Source: Acidimicrobiia bacterium (GTDB taxonomy: Bacteria > Actinomycetota > Acidimicrobiia > Spongiisociales > UBA11373). Taken from it: a DNA stretch of 64,000 nt. The stretch lies in NCBI GenBank assembly GCA_036478235.1, contig JAZGDZ010000040.1:80670-144669 (forward strand). The letters run 5' to 3'. This document shows, piece after piece, positions 54,888 through 61,590 of this stretch. The position numbers were made by a program, and so were the translations under genes. The notes under the pieces were generated by a model, which saw only the letters and a program-made list of their open reading frames with translations, did not search any database and was not told where the DNA came from. How positions within the stretch are numbered: the stretch's first letter is position 1; each line of letters starts with the position of its first letter.

Positions 54888-55049
54888 TCAAGGTTCATTC
54901 AACCAGTTGAGGGGCTTGTAAGCGCCGCCGTCGGCGTGAATCGCCACGCAGCCGTCGGCCTTGATCATCAGGAGCCGAACGGCCGACGGAAGGTGAGCCG
55001 AAAGCCTTCCCGAGTAGTCGACCGAGCAGCGAGCCACGACGAGGCGCAT
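54888..55049 (-). pseudogene. nucS: nucS 5' fragment (codons 1-49 plus 4 island-derived codons and a stop)
   Basis: '[49 protein letters not shown]|LNEP*'. Matches my recollection of the mycobacterial NucS N-terminus ('[20 protein letters not shown]...[20 protein letters not shown]'). Under 60 aa, so absent from the ORF track. Confidence 0.85.
54897..54913. repeat. island junction 2 (att core region)
   Basis: 'attcaaCCAgttgaggg'. See 45739-45755. Confidence 0.75.
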
Positions 55050-55068
55050 GGGCGGCGAGCGTAGCGAA

Positions 55069-55103
55069 TTAGCAGTTGGCGATTAGCCATTAGCCGTTGG
55101 CAA
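55069..55103 (+). repeat. heptanucleotide array TTAGCAG/TTGGCGA/TTAGCCA/TTAGCCG/TTGGCAA
   Basis: Five units in the divergent nucS-galU spacer. The last unit plus 'GAATCACTCCCCC' is identical to 35250-35269. Confidence 0.9.
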
Positions 55104-55131
55104 GAATCACTCCCCCACTACCGTCTCGTAT

Positions 55132-55953
55132 GTGAACGTCGATGTCGCCGTTATCCCTTGCGCCGGTGCCGGTACCCGCATGCGCCCTGCCACCCGGGCC
55201 CTTCCCAAGCCGCTGCTCCCCGTAGTCGATCGGCCTGTGATCCAGTACGTGGTCGAGGAGGCGGTGGCCGCAAGCATCTCGGAGATCATCCTGGTGGTCG
55301 ACAAGCGTCCCGGGGACCCGGTCATGGCCCACTTCGTCGAACCTCCCGCGCTCGACGGGCTGGAGGAGGTCGTCTTCACCCGGGTCCTGCAGCCGGAACC
55401 GCGCGGTCTGGGCGACGCCGTGCTCCGTGCATCCGAGGCCGTAGGCGACCGGCCCTTCCTCTGCATGCTCTCCGACATGTTTCCGCGGCCGGGTCGCTCA
55501 TACGCCCGCCGTCTGGTCGAAGCGTTCGACGGTCGAACCGTGCTCGCGGTGCAGCCGGTGCCGGATGAGTACCTGCTCAGGTGGGGCTTCGTCGCCACCG
55601 GCGGCGATCCTCATGACGGAATCGTCGAGGTGACGGGCGCGGTCGAGAAGCCGGGACCAGATGCTCCGTCCAATCTGGGTCTGACGGGGCGATATGTGCT
55701 CACCGCGGAGATCTTCGAGTTGCTGGCATCCCAGGATCCGGGCCACGGCGGTGAGATCCAGCTCACCGATGCGATCGACGCCGTGGCCCGGGCCCGAGGG
55801 GCCACCGGCCTGATCGTCGGCGACGACCTGTTCGACACCGGGATCCCGGCCGGGGTTCTCGAAGCAACCGCGGCGGTGGGCTTGGCGCGGCCCGACCTGG
55901 CGAGCGGCTTCCGAGAGGTTCTGAGCCGAATGCTGGACGAGCCGGGGGGTTAG
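55132..55953 (+). CDS. galU: UTP--glucose-1-phosphate uridylyltransferase
   Basis: 'AVIPCAGAGTRMRPATRALPKPLLPVVDRPVIQYVVEEA', 'VEKP', 'GRYVLT', 'EIQLTDAI'. Confidence 0.85.
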   Translation: MNVDVAVIPCAGAGTRMRPATRALPKPLLPVVDRPVIQYVVEEAVAASISEIILVVDKRPGDPVMAHFVEPPALDGLEEVVFTRVLQPEPRGLGDAVLRASEAVGDRPFLCMLSDMFPRPGRSYARRLVEAFDGRTVLAVQPVPDEYLLRWGFVATGGDPHDGIVEVTGAVEKPGPDAPSNLGLTGRYVLTAEIFELLASQDPGHGGEIQLTDAIDAVARARGATGLIVGDDLFDTGIPAGVLEATAAVGLARPDLASGFREVLSRMLDEPGG

Positions 55954-56050
55954 GTGTCAGGTGTCGGGTGTCAGACATCAGACATCAGACATCAGACATC
56001 AGACATCAGACATCAGACATCAGACATCAGACATCAGACATCAGACATCG
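55953..56050 (+). repeat. 14-unit heptanucleotide array (GGTGTCR x3, GACATCA x10, GACATCG x1)
   Basis: Starts on the last base of the galU stop codon. Perfect 7-nt register over 98 nt. Confidence 0.95.
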
Positions 56051-56063
56051 AAAAGGATCCCAT

Positions 56064-56105
56064 TCTGAAGTCTGAAATCTGAGATCTGCATTCTGAAATC
56101 TGGTT
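56064..56105 (+). repeat. 6-unit heptanucleotide array TCTGAAG/TCTGAAA/TCTGAGA/TCTGCAT/TCTGAAA/TCTGGTT (imperfect inverted partner)
   Basis: The reverse complement of TCTGAAG is CTTCAGA, against CATCAGA in the upstream array (6/7 match). 13-nt spacer. Confidence 0.9.
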
Positions 56106-56161
56106 GTCGAGATGAGTGACATGTGTCGCTCAGCGGGCTCCTAGAGAAGTAGGTTCGGGCC

Positions 56162-56659
56162 ATGAGCACAGTGCGTCCGTACGAGCCGGGCGACCTCCAG
56201 GCTTGCCGCGATCTGTGGGTCGAGTTGACCGAGCACCATCGCCTGATCTACGGAGTCGACTCGATCGGCGGAGACGACCCGGGGAGCCAGTTCGACGACC
56301 ACCTGGCCGCCGTGGGCCCGACCCGCCTGTGGGTTGCAGAACACGACGGAGCGGTCGTGGGCCTCACCGGACTCATCGTCGACGGCACCTCCGCCGAGGT
56401 GGAGCCGGTCGTCGTGAGCAAAGCGGCCAGGGGACGCGGATTCGGCGTCGCCCTCGTCGAGAGGGTCGTTGCCGAGGCCCGGACACTCGGAATCGAGCTC
56501 CTCTCGGTGCGCCCGGTGGCCCGCAACACTTCGGCGCTGCGCTTCTTCCACGACGCCGGGTTCGATGTGCTCGGTCACATCGAGGCCTTCATGGACCTGA
56601 ACGGCGAACGTGACTGGGTGCCTGGAGAGACGATCGCGGGGCGAGAGTTCAGGGTGTAG
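56162..56659 (+). CDS. GNAT family N-acetyltransferase
   Basis: 165 aa. 'VVSKAARGRGFGVALV' (acetyl-CoA Q/RxxGxG/A motif) and 'ALRFFHDAGF'. Confidence 0.85.
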   Translation: MSTVRPYEPGDLQACRDLWVELTEHHRLIYGVDSIGGDDPGSQFDDHLAAVGPTRLWVAEHDGAVVGLTGLIVDGTSAEVEPVVVSKAARGRGFGVALVERVVAEARTLGIELLSVRPVARNTSALRFFHDAGFDVLGHIEAFMDLNGERDWVPGETIAGREFRV

Positions 56660-56665
56660 TCACCA

Positions 56666-56721
56666 GACATCAGACATCAGACATCAGACATCGGACATCG
56701 GACATCGGACATCGGACATCG
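56666..56721 (+). repeat. 8-unit heptanucleotide array (GACATCA x3, GACATCG x5)
   Basis: Starts 7 nt after the GNAT stop. Same unit and orientation as 55974-56050. Confidence 0.95.
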
Positions 56722-56734
56722 AGAGCGTGTCAGA

Positions 56735-56769
56735 TCTGGAATCTGAGATCTGAAATCTGAGATCTGACG
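56735..56769 (+). repeat. 5-unit heptanucleotide array TCTGGAA/TCTGAGA/TCTGAAA/TCTGAGA/TCTGACG
   Basis: Same unit family and orientation as 56064-56105. Confidence 0.9.
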
Positions 56770-56846
56770 ACTCGACCGCGTGCAGGCGAAGAGAAAAGTA
56801 GGCTCGTTGGCGGCCGACAACGAGACGACGCCTGGAACTGAAGACT

Positions 56847-56874
56847 GGTTCGGTGGGCTTCAGCCCACCGAACC
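56847..56874. terminator. 12-bp perfect hairpin at the sufB 3' end (candidate bidirectional terminator)
   Basis: 'GGTTCGGTGGGC-ttca-GCCCACCGAACC'. The sufB stop codon lies in the loop. Confidence 0.5.
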
Positions 56875-58275
56875 TACCATCTGCAGTTCGACCAGACGGT
56901 TCAGCTCGACGGCATACTCCATGGGGAGTTCCTTGACGATGGGCTCGATGAACCCGGCCACGATCATCGCCGTCGCCTCCTCCTCGGAGAGGCCCCGGCT
57001 CCTCAGGTAGAAGAGCTGGTTGTCGCCCACCTTGGAGATCGTGGCTTCATGCCCGATCTGGGCATTGGCCTCTTCGATCTCCATGTATGGATAGGTGTCG
57101 GACCGGCTGTCCTCGTCGAGGATGAGAGCATCGCAGCGAACGAACGACTTGACGTTTTCGGCGCCGTTCTCCACTCGGATGAGCCCGCGATACCCGGCCC
57201 GTCCTCCGTCCTTGGAGATCGACTTCGAGGTGATCAGCGACGTCGTGTTGGGGGCGGCATGGACGATCTTGGCACCGGCGTCCTGGTGCATGCCCTCGCC
57301 GGCGAAGGCGATCGAGAGCACCTCGCCGTGGGCTCCCTCCTCCATCAGCCAGACAGCGGGGTACTTCATCGTCAGCTTCGAGCCGAGGTTGCCGTCCACC
57401 CACTCCATCGTGGCGTTGCGGTAGGCAGCGGCACGCTTGGTCACCAGGTTGTACACGTTGTTCGACCAGTTCTGAATCGTGGTGTACCGGCACCGGCCAC
57501 CCTCTTTGACCACGATCTCGACCACAGCCGAGTGCAGCGAGTCGCTCGAGTAGACGGGTGCGGAGCACCCCTCGACGTAGTGCACGAACGCCCCTTCGTC
57601 GACGATTATCAGCGTCCGCTCGAACTGGCCCATGTTCTCGGCGTTGATGCGGAAGTAGGCCTGCAGCGGCTGGTCGACGTGAACGCCCGGCGGGACGTAG
57701 ATGAACGAGCCACCCGACCACACGGCTGAGTTGAGGGCGGCGAACTTGTTGTCGTTCGGCGGGATGATCGTCGCGAAGTACTTCTGGACGATCTCGGGGT
57801 AGTCGCGGAGCGCGGTGTCCATGTCGCAGAAGAGGACCCCCATCTCTTCGAGATCCTCCCGGTTGCGGTGGTAAACGACTTCGCTTTCGTACTGCGCGGT
57901 GACCCCGGCGAGGTACTTGCGCTCTGCCTCCGGGATACCCAGCTTCTCGTAGGTCTCCTTGATCGATTCCGGGACCATGTCCCAGTCGTTGGCCTGACCC
58001 TCGGTCGGCTTGATGTAGTAGTAGATGTTGTCGAAGTCGATATCTTCGAGCCGCCCCCCGCCTCCCCAGGTGGGAATCGGCTTACGGAGGAACCGCCGGT
58101 AGGCCTTCAGCCGGAAGTCGAGCATCCAGTCAGGCTCGCCCTTCATGGACGAAATCTCGCGGATGATCTCCTCGCTCAAGCCCTTACGCGGCTTGAACAC
58201 GTAATCCTCTTCGTCGGACCACCCGAGCTCGTATTTGCCGAGATCGAGATCGACTGTTGCCATGGAAACGATCAA
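56860..58275 (-). CDS. sufB: Fe-S cluster assembly protein SufB
   Basis: 471 aa. '[29 protein letters not shown]', '[23 protein letters not shown]', '[26 protein letters not shown]', ending '...VGSVG'. Confidence 0.95.
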   Translation of the reverse strand: MIVSMATVDLDLGKYELGWSDEEDYVFKPRKGLSEEIIREISSMKGEPDWMLDFRLKAYRRFLRKPIPTWGGGGRLEDIDFDNIYYYIKPTEGQANDWDMVPESIKETYEKLGIPEAERKYLAGVTAQYESEVVYHRNREDLEEMGVLFCDMDTALRDYPEIVQKYFATIIPPNDNKFAALNSAVWSGGSFIYVPPGVHVDQPLQAYFRINAENMGQFERTLIIVDEGAFVHYVEGCSAPVYSSDSLHSAVVEIVVKEGGRCRYTTIQNWSNNVYNLVTKRAAAYRNATMEWVDGNLGSKLTMKYPAVWLMEEGAHGEVLSIAFAGEGMHQDAGAKIVHAAPNTTSLITSKSISKDGGRAGYRGLIRVENGAENVKSFVRCDALILDEDSRSDTYPYMEIEEANAQIGHEATISKVGDNQLFYLRSRGLSEEEATAMIVAGFIEPIVKELPMEYAVELNRLVELQMVGSVG

Positions 58276-58537
58276 CTCCTCGCGGGGAAACTCGTGGTGA
58301 GATGAGTGTATCGACCCCCAGCGCCGAGTCCAGGAGGAAATCTGGATAGCGGAAGGCGCCGGACCGGGATGGGGGAGTGGGGGAAGACCGACCCGCGTCC
58401 GGCACCTCCGCTGTGGCCATTACAACACCTTTGCGCCGCTATGCGTTCCCCATTTCCACCCCCGCTCTCCCGCCCTGCTCCCCAAGGACTGGGCCATGGC
58501 AATATGGCTGATCCGCTCCCGAATCGCCGGCCCACCG

Positions 58538-58709
58538 TGTTTATGGCTCTTCGCCTTACGGCTCATCGCTGGTCTTGGCTCCAGTGTTCGAGTCCTTCGG
58601 CCTCGAACCCCTCCGCATGGTTGTGCCGCCCTGCGGGCGGCGCCCTGTTCCACGGCCCGGGGGCCCCAGCCCCAGGCCGCCGAGTCCGCGCCTATCGGCG
58701 GGGCCTCTC
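58538..58709 (+). repeat. ~175-bp GC-rich intergenic repeat (family A), direct copy
   Basis: Aligns over its full length with 14620-14793. Confidence 0.85.
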
Positions 58710-58798
58710 TGTTGATGGCTCTTCGCCTTACGGCTCATCGCTATGCGGCCTGGGTCCCTTCCCAGGCCGCCGAGTCCGCGCCTATCGGCGCGGCCTCT
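58710..58798 (+). repeat. family-A repeat, internally deleted copy in tandem
   Basis: Keeps the first 33 nt ('tgttgatggctcttcgccttacggctcatcgct') and the last ~45 nt ('...caggccgccgagtccgcgcctatcggcgcggcctc'). The middle ~85 nt is missing. Confidence 0.8.
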
Positions 58799-58811
58799 TA
58801 TCCTCGGATCG

Positions 58812-59282
58812 ATGCCGGTCATCGTCGTCGGAGCAGATACCCCACTCGGAGAAGCCGTGGCAAATGCGCTGGGTGGTCGCAACGGTGACGTGCGAGCCTT
58901 CGTGACCGATTCGGAGGCCGCGGCGCGGCTGCGGCGGAGAGCGATCAAGGTCGCCGTCGGTGACGTCTCCGACGGCTCCCACATCGAAGCTGCGGCGCTG
59001 GGCTGCTTCACCGCCATCCTCATCGGGTTCGCAGCCGTCGATGACCGTGAAAGGTCGTTCAGCGACGGTCCGACGGCGATCGTCAGCGCCTGGCTCAAGG
59101 CCTTGGGCGACGCCGGAGTGAGACGTCTCATCTGGCTGGGAAACACCCGGCTCATCGATCTGGAGGCGGCGCGAGCCCTCATCGCCGAGGTGACGATGGT
59201 CGCCATCGAGGGCCGGGACAACTCCGAGATCTCCGCCGAGGTGGTGCGACTCGACGACCTGGGCCGGCTCGACGAGGTTTGA
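58812..59282 (+). CDS. NAD(P)-binding (NmrA/atypical SDR-like) protein
   Basis: ATG 58812. '[20 protein letters not shown]' is a Rossmann GxxxxG-type N-terminus. 156 aa. Confidence 0.55.
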   Translation: MPVIVVGADTPLGEAVANALGGRNGDVRAFVTDSEAAARLRRRAIKVAVGDVSDGSHIEAAALGCFTAILIGFAAVDDRERSFSDGPTAIVSAWLKALGDAGVRRLIWLGNTRLIDLEAARALIAEVTMVAIEGRDNSEISAEVVRLDDLGRLDEV

Positions 59283-59364
59283 CCTGGGCACCCCGCCCTG
59301 GTTGAGTGTCGCTGCGAGAACGACGGTTTTCGCGTCCCATCTCCGACCGGGAGAACACCGGAAC

Positions 59365-59592
59365 GTGGCCAAGCAAGACGACGTCGTACGGGTTCAGGGC
59401 ACCGTCCTGGAAACCCTGCCCAATGCGATGTTCAAGGTCGAGATCGAAGGCGGCATGGAGGTCCTGGCACGGGCTTCAGGCAAGATGCGCCGCGGCCGCT
59501 ACATCCGGATCCTCCCCGGAGACAAGGTCGACCTGGACCTCTCCGTCTACGACCCCACCCGCGGCCGCATCGTCTGGCGCTACAAGAACTGA
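59365..59592 (+). CDS. infA: translation initiation factor IF-1
   Basis: GTG 59365. '[73 protein letters not shown]'. Confidence 0.9.
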   Translation: MAKQDDVVRVQGTVLETLPNAMFKVEIEGGMEVLARASGKMRRGRYIRILPGDKVDLDLSVYDPTRGRIVWRYKN

Positions 59593-59774
59593 TCGAGTTT
59601 GGCGCGGGGCCGGTCCGTCTCCGGCCGCTGTTGGGAGCCTCCTGCCGGCCGGAAAGGTGCGGTCCACTTCCAGCATGGGTCGCGGCGAGGACGAACCCGG
59701 TGCCGTCACCCGACATCTTGTCGACTGCCCGGCGGCTATCGTCGCCGGGCAGTCGACTCATGGAGGGGTCTCTC

Positions 59775-60050
59775 ATGTACGTGGTAGCCATTCGGCACCC
59801 GGTGACGGATTACGACCAGTGGAAGGCCGTCTACGACAGTTTCCCGCCGACCACGGCGGGAGGGGCGAAGTTTTCTCGGGTCAACCGTTCGGTAGACGAT
59901 CCGAACACCGTCGTCGTGGTGGCAGGGTTCGAGTCGCTCGAAACCGCTAATGCGTTCCTGGGCAGTTCCGAGCTCAAGGACAAGATGGCCGAGGCCGGGG
60001 TCGTCGGTGAGCCGAGGATCGAGATTTACGAAGAGGTCGAAGTTATCTAA
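59775..60050 (+). CDS. small alpha+beta protein, unknown function
   Basis: ATG 59775 lies 6 nt after 'GGAGGGG'. 91 aa: 'MYVVAIRHPVTDYDQWKAVYDSF...VVVVAGFESLETANAFL...EPRIEIYEEVEVI'. Fold assignment is a guess. Confidence 0.45.
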   Translation: MYVVAIRHPVTDYDQWKAVYDSFPPTTAGGAKFSRVNRSVDDPNTVVVVAGFESLETANAFLGSSELKDKMAEAGVVGEPRIEIYEEVEVI

Positions 60051-60146
60051 GAGTCTGCCGAGTGATGCCTTGCTCAGCGGGCTCCTAGTACGTCTGTCAC
60101 GCCGGCAGTCGCCGGTGTGGGTCTCATCGCCGGATAACCTGGTCCC

Positions 60147-60629
60147 GTGTCGGGCCCCCGCGCCGTCGCCGATCGGCTCGTCGCCCGCCGGGCTCAACTG
60201 GCTGCCGAGCTCGAATGGCTGACCGCTCCCCCGGAGACGGGTTCCACCGTCGCCTTCGGCAAGCGAATCGGCGACGGAACCACCGAGGCGGTCGAGCGGC
60301 TCTCGACAACGGCCACCGCCAGATCGATCTCCGCGTCGCTGGCCGACATCGAGCGTGCACTCGCCAAGATCGACTCCGGCTCGTACGGGGAGTGCGACGA
60401 CTGTGGGCAGCCGATCGGAGAGACTCGGCTGCAAGCACTCCCCGCGACCTCACGCTGCATCGACTGCAGCCGGTGGGGATGGAGGCCGCCGGGCGGCCGC
60501 CGCCAGCAGCTGTGGCAGGCGACCGTCACTCGGGATTCCGACGGCAAGCCTGCGGCGCGCGGCCAGGTCCGGCTACAGAACCTCGACGATCTCGAAGCGA
60601 TCGGCGGAACCACTCCCGACGCTACCTGA
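60147..60629 (+). CDS. DksA/TraR-family C4 zinc-finger protein
   Basis: Coiled-coil N-part then 'GSYGECDDCGQPIGETRLQALPATSRCIDC'. The ~50-aa tail after the finger is unusually long, so the true C-terminus is unverified. Confidence 0.65.
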   Translation: MSGPRAVADRLVARRAQLAAELEWLTAPPETGSTVAFGKRIGDGTTEAVERLSTTATARSISASLADIERALAKIDSGSYGECDDCGQPIGETRLQALPATSRCIDCSRWGWRPPGGRRQQLWQATVTRDSDGKPAARGQVRLQNLDDLEAIGGTTPDAT

Positions 60630-61590
60630 GGTCCTCCAGCGCCCTGGCGACGAACACCGGCGCCATCCACTTGCGGTAGCGGGACCCGAGATCCACGTTG
60701 TCGTAGGGACGAACAGGCTCCGCGGCGAGTCGCGCGGCGCGCGCGACGACCTCGGGGCCAAGCCGGCTCCCGACGACGGCCTCCTCCGCATCCCGTGCCC
60801 GGATGGGAGCTGATGCAATCGCACCCAGCACCAGCCGTGCATCCTCGACGATGCCGTCGTCTGACACCTGCACCGCCGCAGCGACGCCGAGGATCGGAAA
60901 GTCGATCGAACCCCGGCGCCGCAGCTTGCGATACGTCGTCCGCCATCCGGGTCGGGGCGGGACCGTGAGTGTCGCCACGATCTCATCCTCGGATTTGCCG
61001 AGGTAGTCGATGCCGTCGGAGCGGTACAAGTCGGAGGCAGCCAGAGTGCGCGATACATCCGGACCGACGAGGCCGACCTCGGCGTCGAGAGCCACCACGA
61101 CCGGCGCCAGATCGGACGACGAAACCGCCACGCACTCCTCACCCTTGGGAGCCACCCAGCAGACGTCGCCGTCCGCCTTCAGGCAGAAGCCGGAGGCGAG
61201 CCGCCACGACTCGGTCATGTTGATGTACTCGCAGCGCGTGTCGACACACAGGTTCCCGCCCACCGTCGCCACGTTGCGGATCTGGGGAGAGGCGACCTCG
61301 GCAGCGGCCGAGGCGAGAGCGACGGGGACATCAGGTGAGGCCGCCAGATCACGCAACGACGTCAGGGCCCCGATCATCACCGCCCCGTCGTCGTCGATCT
61401 CGATCCCACGTAACCCCTCGATGGCGCCGAGCGCTATCACCGTTGCGGGGCTGACCTGGCGGCGCTTCATGTTCGGAAAGAGGTCCGTCCCTCCCCCGAC
61501 CACGACGGCCGACGGATGGTCGGCCAGCATCACCACCGCCTCGTCGAGCGTCTCGGGCACCAGGTACTCGAACGCGGGCAGCCGCATCAT
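60622..61590 (-). CDS. molybdenum hydroxylase FAD-binding (medium, CoxM-like) subunit
   Basis: 'AVVVGGGTDLFPNMKRR' and 'ATVGGNLC'. 322 aa. 4-nt overlap with the large subunit gene. Confidence 0.85.
   Translation of the reverse strand: MMRLPAFEYLVPETLDEAVVMLADHPSAVVVGGGTDLFPNMKRRQVSPATVIALGAIEGLRGIEIDDDGAVMIGALTSLRDLAASPDVPVALASAAAEVASPQIRNVATVGGNLCVDTRCEYINMTESWRLASGFCLKADGDVCWVAPKGEECVAVSSSDLAPVVVALDAEVGLVGPDVSRTLAASDLYRSDGIDYLGKSEDEIVATLTVPPRPGWRTTYRKLRRRGSIDFPILGVAAAVQVSDDGIVEDARLVLGAIASAPIRARDAEEAVVGSRLGPEVVARAARLAAEPVRPYDNVDLGSRYRKWMAPVFVARALEDLR

Larger units (their letters stand above)
45748..54902. mobile_element. ~9.16-kb integrated island (serine-recombinase-borne, phage-derived or satellite-like) interrupting nucS
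   Basis: Bounded by the two nucS halves and the imperfect 17-bp repeat. It carries a large serine recombinase next to one end, an HK97 capsid gene, small HTH genes, AT-richer stretches and about 72% coding density, against about 90% in the flanks. Confidence 0.85.

Noticed and set aside
54792-55064. 90-aa plus-strand ORF
   Set aside because: It is antisense to the nucS 5' fragment, which has strong family-level similarity. It has no features of its own.
55953-56105. Heptamer arrays as a CRISPR array
   Set aside because: The units are 7 nt, contiguous and have no spacers. No cas genes are nearby. This is a microsatellite-like tandem array, not a CRISPR.
58276-58537. A sufR regulator gene or known riboswitch upstream of sufB
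   Set aside because: Only two overlapping low-complexity ORFs (78 and 87 aa) are present. No ArsR-type HTH protein and no riboswitch-like conserved core that I can recognise.
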